From positions 558,001-622,000 of the forward strand of contig CP128820.1 of assembly GCA_051546255.1 (NCBI GenBank): a stretch of DNA of 64,000 nucleotides, given 5' to 3'. The stretch is from Meyerozyma guilliermondii. Its lineage: Eukaryota. A program made the position numbers and the translations under genes. The notes beneath the pieces are model-generated. The model was not told where the DNA came from and ran no database searches. It saw only the letters and a program-made list of their open reading frames with translations. Positions 11,401 to 21,513 of the stretch are shown in pieces (within the stretch, counting starts at the first letter, position 1; each line of letters begins with the position of its first letter).

Positions 11401-13351
11401 TGAAAGCCTTTCGCTCTTGTTAAAGTCGAGACTTCGATTGTCTTCTGCCATTCGTTCACTTCAGATGATTCCGTTGTATTCCATGTTCCACAATACCGTG
11501 AGCAGTTTACCGTCGTTTAACAAGCTTGAGTTAGTCTTCAAGAACCAACTTAGCGGAATTCGTGGTCATGAAACAACTCGCGCCGAACTAGTTGACCAGT
11601 TAGTCCTTTTAAGTGATGAACTTTTCAATCAATCAGCTGTAATGGAGTCGCTTGCACCCTATGAGCTCCACTACTTACATTCTTTGTTGAGTGGTGCACT
11701 TCTTGCTTTGAACTCAGTTTCTCAAGTCCACGACAGCTCCAAGACCAAGTTGTCCCAAATTCTTCAACAACTTTTCTACTTACAGGATGTTCTGAGAGCA
11801 AAGACAATTATCGGCGAGAGGCTGTCTCATTTATTCAAGGCACAGAAAGGTGATAGCATCATACCATCGTCAATTGAGCTCCAGCAATTTTCTCAAGAAC
11901 TTTTGCTGCAAAAAAGTGACTCTTTCTTCAATAGAGTCAAGACGAATTTACCTTCAGATTGGACCATTGTCACGATTGATAGGTGTCCCAATTCCGATTC
12001 CTTATTACTCACCAGATTGACCCACTTGGGTTCGCCGTTCGTTGTCAGATTGCCGTTGCTGAGAATGAAACAACGTGGAAAGAACACAGTTAGCATCGAC
12101 CAGGTGTTTTCAAAGTTGCAAGCTATTGTGGAGGCGAGCAATAAGTCCACTCAAGTGACTACAACGTCGCAGATTAAGACAAAGGATGACCGTAAGAAAT
12201 GGTGGAGCACCCGCTTTGGCTTAGATTTACAGTTTGAAAGTTTACTTGACTTGGTTCGCAAGACATGGATTGGAGGCTTTTCTGGGCTATTTGGTGCTGC
12301 CATAGATGTCAAAACGATCGAGCTCTTTCGGGAGGATTTCGTCAAGGCATGGCAAGAGATTTTGCCAAAAAGATTGGCACGGGTGTCCAATACTTTTTCC
12401 TTTTTAGATGATCAAGTGTTGAGGCTCTTCTTGACGATTTCTGACATTCATTCGCCTTTCTCTGACTATGAAATGCTGGATGATGCGAAGGAAAGCTTGA
12501 GCGACTTGATATATTTCACATTGGATTCTTTGAGTCTCGCGGGAGAAACCATATCTTATACTGAAATTAATATGGAAAAGAGCGTCCAAATTCTTGCAAG
12601 TGTGATTTCAAAATTTAAATCCATGCATAGTTGGAATCATGGACACACTGTTATCGTTCCCGCAAAAGAATTTGAGATGTTTCCGTGGGAATCGTTGCTG
12701 CCTTTGAAAGGTGTTTCAGTTTCCCGAGTTCTTTCAGTAGAAATGCTTCTTGAGCTTTTGGAGAAACGCAATGAGACCAGCACTCGGGTCAAGAAGGATT
12801 TGGAACTAGCATACCTCCTCAATCCAGGTGGAGATCTTGGACGAACTGAAGCAAACTTCTCTACGTTTTTTCAACGTTGTTCATCGTGGAATGGAATCAC
12901 AGGAAGAAACCCAGGTACTGGCTTTTTCGAAGACAACGTTATTGGCAAAGATCTATATGTATATCTTGGCCATGGCGGTTGCGAGCAGTACATTAGCATG
13001 AACGATCTCATGAGAGCTTCTGCTTCGGGATTTGATATTCCTCCAAGTTTGTTGATAGGATGCTCGTCTGCTTCCTTGACTAGGATGGGATTCTTAGAGT
13101 CCTACGGGAACATATACAGTTGGCTTGCAGCTGGGTCGCCGATGGTTTTGGTGAACCTCTGGGATGTCACTGATAAAGACATCGACAAATTCAGCATGTC
13201 TGTTTTCGAGTATTGGGGACTTTCAGATGGAGAAAACAACCTCAATCTTTGTCAGGCTGTTTCCCGGAGTCGTGAAAAGTGCACTTTGCGTCATCTCAAC
13301 GGCTCGTCGCCGGTAGTCTACGGACTACCACTCAGAGTGGATCAGCTTTGA
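8456..13351 (+). CDS. ESP1: Separase (separin), peptidase C50
   Basis: About 1630 aa. C-terminal FPWES, YLLNPGGDL, YLGHGGCEQY (catalytic His), LIGCSSA (catalytic Cys) and NLWDVTDKDID. First ATG at 8456. Confidence 0.95.
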   Translation: MLFDAAWNNGVEPETLFDNFLKSKVSQRTIKKPLQVSDHINRPIFSQKVHNTALRVVDSYFSSREKTPISQKRTVSKALACLRSSINRKDHQLYLLKNSQRFIIDLIDISEIYFAFNELKELKKAFCNTLGVGLNEDGSIPFVEISTDLEPSLLNLVVSYHFLYLQCLLLGCSKYSKSIFLETCSFITIAHVFSVPSFFLKNSSFGRWLASLHSVKPQSEQKTLQNMSKLIAGFCRLPVNCKTSMHGNQLQHTLSCLQLKSIELKVKLNSPENDKIPSLDSSLEPYILELRNVLVEHNRTDLLTQIDNAIQVLGQKEKSCAPSLEALSLMYGEDIESTNLSAPISLERLQRLIKDSDHSLIELYVLEIIPHVTEKDLPVMDRVTVYLKDNIANSSCNIQFFETCISRMFSVFKKQRQWKRIRNISNLLVNLGNRKEALSLSYWKESIALEVLILEEQTDINRYEEQVSLRLKCERIIDNLVKRGQYQLTVHFFGQLFNNLHFKGLENLLEVFSMPEVMSCLGTVLSKDLSTCYELFRGLSEQRAALVIVNLLRYSGTRWNTSTLSSIMQHSAVESTFFKFLCEYEILKCFPKVAIVQPHGSVATNLEALLLCGIDVHHDPFRAVSQFESYLSSSKPPFEIWLEQDIVWNLVVNLQLSNLHKQAVDVITLYLSARAFMKDSQDINNMKWLLSLNLKLCSSHLACNNLALLHQSLFTCASLLKQIAAVDSSQVRSYDVLIWKLLQLELEHKTDLASATKRHAAVKSFIQSKKEFTLDDPHSSFPNKLLNLFALAKAHLISGDLELSLGRHGAAYDAFRLAVKLLLSISKRLDSLQSTSYSSFSTEVSELLCLALIRGIKVQRTLGLSRESEAFVEELQSVTSMIHSRGRIILNLKEIVIFKALQCDLKGFKDALHFFLELFDDTNYKSFFNDIYYGCLHLAMSTKQFEFDSSEVSHHKPTLEVAFLSNLLADVESSWKSNSQDRESLSLLLKSRLRLSSAIRSLQMIPLYSMFHNTVSSLPSFNKLELVFKNQLSGIRGHETTRAELVDQLVLLSDELFNQSAVMESLAPYELHYLHSLLSGALLALNSVSQVHDSSKTKLSQILQQLFYLQDVLRAKTIIGERLSHLFKAQKGDSIIPSSIELQQFSQELLLQKSDSFFNRVKTNLPSDWTIVTIDRCPNSDSLLLTRLTHLGSPFVVRLPLLRMKQRGKNTVSIDQVFSKLQAIVEASNKSTQVTTTSQIKTKDDRKKWWSTRFGLDLQFESLLDLVRKTWIGGFSGLFGAAIDVKTIELFREDFVKAWQEILPKRLARVSNTFSFLDDQVLRLFLTISDIHSPFSDYEMLDDAKESLSDLIYFTLDSLSLAGETISYTEINMEKSVQILASVISKFKSMHSWNHGHTVIVPAKEFEMFPWESLLPLKGVSVSRVLSVEMLLELLEKRNETSTRVKKDLELAYLLNPGGDLGRTEANFSTFFQRCSSWNGITGRNPGTGFFEDNVIGKDLYVYLGHGGCEQYISMNDLMRASASGFDIPPSLLIGCSSASLTRMGFLESYGNIYSWLAAGSPMVLVNLWDVTDKDIDKFSMSVFEYWGLSDGENNLNLCQAVSRSREKCTLRHLNGSSPVVYGLPLRVDQL

Positions 13352-13397
13352 ATGTAGTATTATGCATGAATAATGATATTTAACGATAAAGTGGGCT

Positions 13398-15149
13398 CTA
13401 AAGCATGTACTGGGAGCTGGAATGGGTCGTCTCCCTTCTCTCTTTACCTTTGACATCTGTATGTCTTCCTTTCTTATCGATAAGCGTAACGTTCTTAGCT
13501 CTAGCAAGCGTGGAAACCACATCATTAGTATTCTGTTTCTTGTTTGATTTTTTGTTCGGCGATTCTCTTTGGCTGTGTTCCTTGGCTCTCTTTCTCTTGT
13601 TGGCTCTTCTCAACCGCTGCTTGTCATCACGAGAAAGCTCATCTTTGGCATACGACAAGCCAGATTTAAGAGTAACTTTTCCATCCTGTTTTTCACCTGG
13701 TTTGTAGATTTCTTGTGGTGCCAATGAAGTTCCCGAATCGACATAAGCGGGTTGTGCATCTTCCATTGAAATAGTTGGCGCAGTGACGTCGTCCACTCTG
13801 ATTTCCAAGCTGCGTCCTTGGTGAGGTTTGGGCACATAGTGGGCCGAACAGAGAGAGTCAAGCTTGTGGTTGAGAGACGAAAATAATTGGTCGATCTCTT
13901 CATGCTGTTTTTTCGTCTCGTCAGAAACCTCTGTTTGTGGATCAGCTTGATGGTATTCATCCTCATACAACTCAGCTAACGATTTGGTGGATTTTTGTTC
14001 CGATACTTCAACTCTTTCTTTGTGAAATTTCGCAACATCTCCAACCACTCGCCTAGGAAGATCGTCAAACTCTTCTGCTTTTATTCTTCGTCTTATCATG
14101 TCCTCGACAGTCTCAGTGTGCTCTTGTGTTATTACTGGGATGGGTTTTGCGGTTCTGTCAAACTCAAGATCCATGGTTTCTGGGTCCTCTAAAAGAGAGT
14201 CTTCGGGCCGACTCTTGGCGGTGACTTCACCTTTCATTGTCCATTTCTTTTCTGCAATTAGTTCTGCTTCGAGCTTGGCAACCTCTTCCTGAATTTGTTT
14301 CTGGTGTGCTTCGAAAGATGACATCGCTGCTGTATTTTTTTGTGGCTTGTCTTCAAACATATCTAGCATGGCTGAGCCTAATGCGTTTTCATATTCGCCG
14401 TCTGAGAGGCCTTGTTCGTTGGGTTCTTCTTCATCTGAGCTGTAGGAGTTTTGACCAGACTCTTGGGTTTCTTGTTTGGCAGGCTTTGGGAAAAAGTCGT
14501 CAAAGTATGCTACTTCTTCGTCTTCGTCTTCTTCACTCATGCTGTCCATATAATCGATCTCATCGTCGTCCTCTGGCTTTTCCAAGTTTATGATCTGCTT
14601 GTTGAAGCTATCTATATCAAAGAACTCGTCATTCAAGCCAAAACTGTCTTTCTTGAACGTTTGTGGTTCATCTTCGTCTCCTTGTGAGGGCTCCTCGTCG
14701 ATATCCTCATCCGACAATTCGCCCATTATTTCGCCTAAATTTTCGTCCTCAGACTCTCCCGAGTTTTGCTCTTCCTCTTCGTCTTCAGATTCACCGCTTA
14801 AACTTTTATTTTGTTCGTTATTTTCACCTTCGACATCACTTTCTTCAACATCTTCATCGTCTTCGTCAACCTCCTCGTCATTGTTATCCATACTTTTCGC
14901 TTTCAAAGCAGGGATAACTTCATGCATCAACTTGTCTCCAACCCCATCTAGAACCATTCTTGTCTGGCCATATATCTGGCTGGAATCAAGTCCATCTACG
15001 TATATCTCATCCAACACAGAATACTCTTTTGCTATGGGATCCAAAAACTGTTTTACAAGCAGGTCAAAATAATGCGTCCCGTCGTTCTTGGAGAGCTCAA
15101 ACACCCTTTCGGGGTGCTCCGAAAGAAGGCTGAGCATATTGGCAGACAT
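13398..15149 (-). CDS. MPP10: U3 snoRNP / SSU processome protein Mpp10
   Basis: Acidic central region, KKWTMKGEV…SRPEDSLLE, FDRTAKPIPVIT, KLDSLCSAHYVPKP and LAPQEIY. Confidence 0.95.
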   Translation of the reverse strand: MSANMLSLLSEHPERVFELSKNDGTHYFDLLVKQFLDPIAKEYSVLDEIYVDGLDSSQIYGQTRMVLDGVGDKLMHEVIPALKAKSMDNNDEEVDEDDEDVEESDVEGENNEQNKSLSGESEDEEEEQNSGESEDENLGEIMGELSDEDIDEEPSQGDEDEPQTFKKDSFGLNDEFFDIDSFNKQIINLEKPEDDDEIDYMDSMSEEDEDEEVAYFDDFFPKPAKQETQESGQNSYSSDEEEPNEQGLSDGEYENALGSAMLDMFEDKPQKNTAAMSSFEAHQKQIQEEVAKLEAELIAEKKWTMKGEVTAKSRPEDSLLEDPETMDLEFDRTAKPIPVITQEHTETVEDMIRRRIKAEEFDDLPRRVVGDVAKFHKERVEVSEQKSTKSLAELYEDEYHQADPQTEVSDETKKQHEEIDQLFSSLNHKLDSLCSAHYVPKPHQGRSLEIRVDDVTAPTISMEDAQPAYVDSGTSLAPQEIYKPGEKQDGKVTLKSGLSYAKDELSRDDKQRLRRANKRKRAKEHSQRESPNKKSNKKQNTNDVVSTLARAKNVTLIDKKGRHTDVKGKERRETTHSSSQYML

Positions 15150-15172
15150 TATTTGTGTCTAGGTTGAGTGTA

Positions 15173-15190
15173 TGAAAAAGTTGAGATGAG
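15173..15190. promoter_or_regulatory. Adjacent RRPE-like (TGAAAAAGTT) and PAC-like (GAGATGAG) ribosome-biogenesis motifs
   Basis: Both motifs are read directly, in the short divergent promoter of MPP10 and MRM2. Confidence 0.6.
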
Positions 15191-15310
15191 GGTTGTCTGC
15201 AGGAACGCGATGGGGTTAGGTTCAACTGGAAAATGGCAGTCGAGAGATAAGCAGATTCGTGCGATGAAAATTGAGTAGAAGGTGGAGCCAAGCACATTTG
15301 AACAAAGAAA

Positions 15311-16081
15311 ATGCATATTCTCGGACAATTTTGTAATCGGGTCGGAAATGGGACGAGTTACGGCCGTGGGGTACATGCTGTCAAAATACATCTTTATACA
15401 AGTTATAGCGGCACATCAAAACATTGTCAATTGAATGTTCAAATTCGTTCCAAGTCGTCGGTCTCGTCGGAGAGATGGCTACGGCGTCAGAAAGACGATC
15501 CACATACAAAAGAGGCCAAAAAACAGCATTATCGGTCTCGAGCAGCCTACAAGTTGATAGAGTTGGACCACAAGTTTCTGCTTTTCAAACGTAATACTTT
15601 ACGAATTGTCGATTTGGGGTTTGCTCCCGGGGCGTGGACGCAGGTGGCAATGCAAAGAATGGCTCAATTGGGTCAGAAACCCAAAATTTTGGGGGTGGAT
15701 ATCATTCCCAGTACACCTCCAGAGGGTGCACAATTTTTACATGGTGATATCTTTTCTCGCAAAACCCACCAGGAGATTCGAGACAACTTCCCTAACAACG
15801 AAGTAGACCTCGTTATGAGCGATATGATGGCCAATACGCTGGGTATCAAAGACAACGACCACCTTGCCAGTATGGAATTATGTGAAGGAGCACTCATGCT
15901 TGCGGCCAGTACATTGAAAACGAACGGGGCACTTGTGATGAAATTTTATACTGGACGAGAAGAACGGCAATTGGAAGAAAAATGTAGAAAAATGTTCAAA
16001 AAAGTGCATCGAATGAAGCCCAGTGCATGTCGACCGGAGCTGCGAGAAATGTACTTTGTGTGTCTTGGCAGAAGCAATTGA
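15311..16081 (+). CDS. MRM2: Mitochondrial 21S rRNA 2'-O-methyltransferase (FtsJ/RrmJ family)
   Basis: RWLRRQKDD, YRSRAAYKLIE, VDLGFAPGAWTQ, SDMMAN and KFYTG motifs. Confidence 0.92.
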   Translation: MHILGQFCNRVGNGTSYGRGVHAVKIHLYTSYSGTSKHCQLNVQIRSKSSVSSERWLRRQKDDPHTKEAKKQHYRSRAAYKLIELDHKFLLFKRNTLRIVDLGFAPGAWTQVAMQRMAQLGQKPKILGVDIIPSTPPEGAQFLHGDIFSRKTHQEIRDNFPNNEVDLVMSDMMANTLGIKDNDHLASMELCEGALMLAASTLKTNGALVMKFYTGREERQLEEKCRKMFKKVHRMKPSACRPELREMYFVCLGRSN

Positions 16082-16606
16082 ATAAATTGGATAAATCACA
16101 AGCAATTGGGTTCACAAGTTCCAAGAAACAATGAGGGGTGGTTGAGCAATTGAGAGCAAGTGGTTAGAGCAAAACAGCACATTAGCACTGGTGCCCCAAG
16201 GCAGTGTGTTCCTGCAGAGAGTGTATATCCCCAGGTCCAATCATTCACAATTAGGAGTTGCTGCGGTCAATGCATTGAGGGGTATGGATACGAGTGTTTG
16301 AGAAGGATCACTGAATGGTGGTTTGGAGATCAAGTGGAAAAAAGTGGAAAGTTTAGAGGTGCTGAATGTTGAGTGGTTAAATTACTGGAATATAACCAAA
16401 ACAAAACCTTCCCAATATCGTCACCACAGCCCGTCGGATTCCACGGGTTCGTAATCAGGCCCTGCATGTTCCGAAAGCACAGCAAGAATGACATCACAGG
16501 AGGCTTCCATTATGGGTGCACGGGTGCGGTCTAAATTTAAAGTGTCAATTACGCACGTCATTACAACGCCATAATAGGAAGTGTAATGGCTTAGGAAGGG
16601 GGTAAC

Positions 16607-16676
16607 GTACTTCCCACAGGAGTTCACCACAGTACTTCACTACAGTACTCCACAGGCATTTCACCACAAGTACTCG
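16607..16676. repeat. Degenerate repeat (gtactt/ccacag units) in the PIR promoter
   Basis: gtacttcccacaggagttcaccacagtacttcactacagtactccacaggcatttcaccacaagtactc. Confidence 0.45.
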
Positions 16677-16900
16677 GATACCCAGTTACACACACCCACT
16701 CCAGACTATTCGATCTTTCTTTTTTCTGATCTTGGCTGTGGTCTCGGTTAGTTCCCCGGTGTCCGTCGATCTGCGTCGTTTATGTTCTAAAAATGGACAA
16801 TTATCAACGTGCATGATGCACCTCCCCCCTTGATGCCTGACGGTGGCAATATAAATACGGGCCTAGCTCCCAATTGTTAACCCTATCCGGCAATTTTGAC

Positions 16901-18157
16901 ATGAAGATTCAATTTTACCTTTCGATTTTGTCTGTCGCTTATTCGGTCTCGGCCGCCTATGTTCCCTCGGCGCCATGGAGCACGCTTACGCCCACCGCAA
17001 CGTTGGATTCTTCGGCCAGTGCCACTGCCAGTTTTGACGGTTCGTTCGCTTTGTCTGTTTCGACAATTTCCACCAACTCGGCTGCGGTTTCTGCTGCTTC
17101 AAAGGTGGGAGCTGAGAAGAGAGACGATTTGGTTGGTCAGATCACCGATGGTCAGATCCAGCACAACTCTAAGGGAGGACAGAAAAGTGCTCCTACCAAG
17201 TCTGTGGTGAACCAGATCACCGATGGACAAATCCAGCAACAAACCAAAACCACCGCTGCCGTGGTGAACCAGATTTCTGATGGTCAGATTCAGCAACAAA
17301 GTAAGACTACTGCTGCTGTAATCAACCAGATTTCTGATGGGCAAATTCAGCAACAAACCAAAACCACTGCTGACTTGGTGAACCAAATTTCAGATGGTCA
17401 AATCCAGCAACAAACCAAAACTACAGCTGCGGTTATTAACCAGATTTCTGATGGTCAGGTCCAACAGCAAACAAAAACTACTGCCTCTGTGGTGAACCAG
17501 ATCTCGGATGGTCAAGTTCAACACCAGACCACTGCTCCAGCCCACAAGTCTGTCGCCGAGCAGCTCTCCGATGGACAGGTTCAACACCAGACCAAAGCTG
17601 GTCAGGCTACTCAAGTCAGCGATGGACAGGTCCAGGCTTCTGGTTCTAGTTCATCGGGTAACGACTCTTCTTCCGACAGCGGTTTTGAAGAGACTTGTGT
17701 TTCTTCCGACTCGTTGACTGTGACGCTCAAGAACGGAGTTTTGAAGGACAGTAAGGGCCGTATTGGCTCTATTGTTGCAAACCGTCAATTCCAATTCGAT
17801 GGTCCTCCACCTCAAGCTGGTGCCATCTACGCTGCAGGCTGGTCTATCGTTCCTTTGGACTACAAGGAGGACAGCAAAACCAAGCAATTGGCCGATGATC
17901 AGAAGAAGGGCGAGAATGAAGAGAAGGACAAGAAGGAATCTAAAGACAAGAAGAAGGACGAGAAGAAGTCTAAAGACAAGAAGAAAGACAAGAAGAAGGA
18001 CAAGAGAGATGATGTCAAGTGGGGCAAGTTGGCTCTTGGAAAGCAAACCACCTTCTACAAGTGTTTGTCTGGAGACTTTTACAACTTGTATGATGAAAGT
18101 ATTGGAGGTCAATGTTCCGAAGTTGAGCTTGTTGTGTTGAAAGCAGTTGAGTGTTAA
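16901..18157 (+). CDS. PIR-family cell-wall protein with 9 Q(I/L/V)(S/T)DGQ(I/V)Q repeats
   Basis: Signal peptide from ATG 16901, Kex2 KR site, nine PIR repeats. C-terminal domain [31 protein letters not shown] with 4 Cys. TATAAATA at 16851. Confidence 0.95.
   Translation: MKIQFYLSILSVAYSVSAAYVPSAPWSTLTPTATLDSSASATASFDGSFALSVSTISTNSAAVSAASKVGAEKRDDLVGQITDGQIQHNSKGGQKSAPTKSVVNQITDGQIQQQTKTTAAVVNQISDGQIQQQSKTTAAVINQISDGQIQQQTKTTADLVNQISDGQIQQQTKTTAAVINQISDGQVQQQTKTTASVVNQISDGQVQHQTTAPAHKSVAEQLSDGQVQHQTKAGQATQVSDGQVQASGSSSSGNDSSSDSGFEETCVSSDSLTVTLKNGVLKDSKGRIGSIVANRQFQFDGPPPQAGAIYAAGWSIVPLDYKEDSKTKQLADDQKKGENEEKDKKESKDKKKDEKKSKDKKKDKKKDKRDDVKWGKLALGKQTTFYKCLSGDFYNLYDESIGGQCSEVELVVLKAVEC
17205..17530 (+). 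repeat. 54-bp coding tandem repeat (about 6 units) encoding PIR repeats
   Basis: 18-aa unit V(V/I)[17 protein letters not shown] repeated. Confidence 0.85.
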
Positions 18158-18376
18158 CTTTCAAAATTGCATTACGTTCCTTAGCATTTGTTTTTCTTCA
18201 TCGACGGATTTTTTCGAGCTACGCTATTCACCTAACAGCCTAGCAACCTAGCAATCTAGCATTGCTCATTTGGCAATATTCTGTCATTCTCGATACCATT
18301 CTACCTAGCACAATACCATGATCTACAAACTAGTGTAGACTATTATGTATAATGTACCATTTCTATTTACTGATCG

Positions 18377-20329
18377 TTAATCATCCTCCTCGCTCGTAAT
18401 CGACTCGTCGCTGTCCTGTTCATAACTTCCGCTTTCTTCGTCTTCGTTGTCGTCTTCAGTAGGGTTCACTTCTGCCCATTCGATATAATTAGCACTAATA
18501 ATTTCTTTGCTGTTTGGAAGCACTATGGGATCAAATGGAAAGTATGCTTCGAGATCTAAAAACTCCTGCTTCAGTTTGAAGTTGTAGACTGCAGAAGGTA
18601 AGTTATTCTTTCCTCTGGTCAGAAGCATTCTCTCTCTCTTATTGTGCTCAATGATGGAGTAGCAGTAGCACACGTTCATCTTTGTAGCTATTTTGGCAAA
18701 GATGAACACCACGGTTTCGTCACAGTACTTGAGTGGGTTGAACTTGGTGACGATAACCCGCTGGAAAAACTGGTCGATTTCACATTCCCATTCACCAGAA
18801 GAATTAAGTAGCATTTGATGTCTGAAACAGAAGACATAGATCAACACTTGGAAAGCTGCGTAGAAGAGTTTGAACCTCTCCATGCCTCCTACAGATTTGG
18901 AGCCGGTTTTGTTATCTTCGTAGTCGGAAATTTCACATTCTCGTTCTTGCACGTATCGGTTCAACCATTCCATGAGATAGCTTACGACAAAAACCACTTG
19001 ATCCCGAGACAACGATTTGGCTCGTGCAATGTATGACGAGAGATATTGCATGGCTTTGATTCTTTTTTCCACCATTTCGTCGACTTTGAATGCAATGTCA
19101 ATTAACATCACCAAAAATGCATCGGAAAGCTCAGCCTTACTCTGGGAAATGTGAAAAAGCAAAAACTGGGTCAGCTTTGTAAAATGAGTGGGGAGAATGT
19201 GGGTTTGGAACAACTTGCTCAAGCTATTGAAAATGGTCAATCCTTTGGTAGAAATTTCATTTTGTCTGAACTCGGAGTCTGAGGTAGTTAGAATTATCTC
19301 AATAATAGAGTCAAGTTTCTGCAGAAGTTTACGTATGTCACTGGTGGAGGAAACCGGATCTAGCAAATACTCTTCGTCATCCGAAGCTCCTTCGTCATTC
19401 TCTTCGTCTTCCTCTTTTTCTTCGTCTTCATCTTTTTCGTCCGATGCGATGCCAATGGTATCTCTTTCCTCCTCTTTTTCCTCCTCTCCGTTGATCAAAT
19501 CCTCGATTTCTTCGTCGTCCAAGTCGTCCAACTCGTTCTGCAACTCTACATCGAGCTTGATGCTGGATTCGATGATCATCTGCCAAATATGAGAGCTCAA
19601 CTCCGGACAATATTCGAGCATTTTGAGCAAATTTGCAACATAGTTGGTCAACTCGGCAGGAGACGATGCTAGGTGATGAGGGAAGCCCTTGGTCAATGCT
19701 GTGGGCAACGACCCCACACTTGTGGGGACATATTTGAGGATATCTTTGATGATTGTATGGTGCAAATTGCTAGTAGTGGTTGAAGTTTCACTTGTAACTG
19801 CCACCGAAGAAAACTCATTCACAAGCTTCCCAAGAACCTCGTTCAAGTAGCGAGGAAGAGATGCTACCAAAACAGAAAGAAAATGCAGATAAAGGTCAAG
19901 AAACGTAGTTTTCGATGCGGTGATAGGAGTCAGGATGACGTCAAGCCATCGGTAGGCTATGATGCACGAGACCAAATGCTGGCATGCCTTGTTATCGAGT
20001 CGAGTGATATTGCGAATGAGTACTCGAAGAACAATGCTGAAATCTGAAATGGAAATGGATTCTTCATGGTCGGCTGGTCGGTTAATCTTGGCAGCCAACC
20101 CGTCGATTTGGTTCGTTTCGTTCTGGATTAGTACACTTGAAGACTTTGTGGCACCTGTTGAGCTACTTACCTGCTCGATAGCATCCAAAGCGGCAGTTAC
20201 ATATTCTGAGTAAACTTTTTCAGAAAATTTCAAATGGTCATCGGAGTCATTTTTCTGCTTTTTGGAAGGTTCCGTGGGGTTGGAAAGCGTTCGCTTTCGT
20301 ACTAGTGGGTTATGTAGAGACATTATCAT
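18377..20329 (-). CDS. RRN3: RNA polymerase I initiation factor Rrn3 (likely one 48-nt intron)
   Basis: IKLDVELQ, HILPTHFTK(S)TQF, YLSSYIARAK, FNPLKYC and YFPFDP motifs. Confidence 0.95.
   Translation of the reverse strand: MIMSLHNPLVRKRTLSNPTEPSKKQKNDSDDHLKFSEKVYSEYVTAALDAIEQVSSSTGATKSSSVLIQNETNQIDGLAAKINRPADHEESISISDFSIVLRVLIRNITRLDNKACQHLVSCIIAYRWLDVILTPITASKTTFLDLYLHFLSVLVASLPRYLNEVLGKLVNEFSSVAVTSETSTTTSNLHHTIIKDILKYVPTSVGSLPTALTKGFPHHLASSPAELTNYVANLLKMLEYCPELSSHIWQMIIESSIKLDVELQNELDDLDDEEIEDLINGEEEKEEERDTIGIASDEKDEDEEKEEDEENDEGASDDEEYLLDPVSSTSDIRKLLQKLDSIIEIILTTSDSEFRQNEISTKGLTIFNSLSKLFQTHILPTHFTKLTQFLLFHISQSKAELSDAFLVMLIDIAFKVDEMVEKRIKAMQYLSSYIARAKSLSRDQVVFVVSYLMEWLNRYVQERECEISDYEDNKTGSKSVGGMERFKLFYAAFQVLIYVFCFRHQMLLNSSGEWECEIDQFFQRVIVTKFNPLKYCDETVVFIFAKIATKMNVCYCYSIIEHNKRERMLLTRGKNNLPSAVYNFKLKQEFLDLEAYFPFDPIVLPNSKEIISANYIEWAEVNPTEDDNEDEESGSYEQDSDESITSEEDD
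20123..20170 (-). other. Spliceosomal intron in RRN3 (48 nt, in frame)
   Basis: Minus strand reads CAG|GTAAGT…TACTAATCCAG|AAC. Confidence 0.75.
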
Positions 20330-20502
20330 GTTCAGAACTTTCCGATTTGAAAAATACGTGTATGACCTACAACCTCCAAAAGTGTGCCCCTCTTCTCATC
20401 AAAGATGCGTAGAAATTTGTGATGTGCAGGCACACCGATTTTTTTTGGTACTGCAGGCGGCGATAACAATTTCCAAAAGCCTCAGAAATTAAAATCGTTA
20501 GC

Positions 20503-21387
20503 ATGAGTTCAGTGCAAATAAGTCCCACGCTTTTGTTCCATTTTCTGGAGCTTGTGACCCGCAATTTCAAAGAGCACAACTATGGCATTGTATTGGGACG
20601 TCTGGATGCAAGTGAAGGTGTCAAATATGCACAGACTGGATTTGAGATTCCAACTGTTTCAAATACAGCATCTAATAATTCCGGTGAAATTCGTATAGAT
20701 ATGGCATATTTCCAGAACAGGTTGCGCCAGATGCTCACTGTGTGGCCCCAGAAGGTGGTGGTTGGGTTGTATGTTCTCACATCTAATAGTGCAATGGAGG
20801 TGGGAACGATGAAAATATTACATCAACTTGAAGCTTTCCTAAAAAATCTTTATGGCGAGGAAACGTCTCCAGCCATTCTCTTGGTTGATCCAGAGCAGTT
20901 ACTGCAGACCGGGGGTGGAATACTTGCGTTTAGTACGGAAAATGGTCTGGTGCAACCGGCTGGACTCACACTTTCCTCAGACGAAACCGAGATGATTGCG
21001 AGCACAACGATAGCCAGGAATGAAAAATACCTTGCAGGCAACGATTCAGCCAAATTTGACGATTCTGGGTACACATACGACCAATTAAAGGTGCTGTTGG
21101 ACCGTCTGGTTGACATTTTAAAGACCCAAGTGAACAAAATATTAGCATTTTCCGACTCAAGCCCCACCTCTATGGAACACAATGAGCGCGTAAAACGACG
21201 TATTGTGCAATTGAGTCGAGTATTGGATACAAACAGTGAAACCAGCGACATTTCATTGCCATTATTGAGCACAGAATTGAGTCTATTAACAATGCAACTA
21301 GCGTCGCTCGATAAGTTGAAAGCGGTGTCCAGGAAGGCAATCATAGGATACAAGAGCTACGAATCATATAGGCCAGGAAGAAACTAA
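20503..21387 (+). CDS. MPN-domain protein, COP9 signalosome subunit 6-like
   Basis: GIVLG…GFEIP and IDMAYFQNRLRQMLTVWP…VVGLY resemble the inactive MPN domain of Csn6. ETEMIA precedes a helical C-terminus. Confidence 0.6.
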   Translation: MSSVQISPTLLFHFLELVTRNFKEHNYGIVLGRLDASEGVKYAQTGFEIPTVSNTASNNSGEIRIDMAYFQNRLRQMLTVWPQKVVVGLYVLTSNSAMEVGTMKILHQLEAFLKNLYGEETSPAILLVDPEQLLQTGGGILAFSTENGLVQPAGLTLSSDETEMIASTTIARNEKYLAGNDSAKFDDSGYTYDQLKVLLDRLVDILKTQVNKILAFSDSSPTSMEHNERVKRRIVQLSRVLDTNSETSDISLPLLSTELSLLTMQLASLDKLKAVSRKAIIGYKSYESYRPGRN

Positions 21388-21430
21388 TAAAAAAAAAGTG
21401 AATGGGTAGAAATCAAGAAAAAAAGAATAT

Positions 21431-21513
21431 TGACTCCGACGCGATTCGAACGCGTGCATCTTTACGATAACAGAACTTGAGTCTGCCGCCTTAAACCACT
21501 CGGCCACAGAGCC
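21431..21513 (-). tRNA. tRNA-Leu(CAA), intronless
   Basis: GGCTCTGTGGCCGAGTGGTTTAAGGCGGCAGACTCAAGTTCTG…GTTCGAATCGCGTCGGAGTCA has A and B boxes, anticodon CAA and a long variable arm, with a T-run terminator downstream. Confidence 0.95.

Noticed and set aside
14590..15072. Ser-rich antisense ORFs opposite MPP10 (also RRN3, SPT5, NOT3)
   Set aside because: Reverse complements of Asp/Glu-rich or low-complexity coding tracts.
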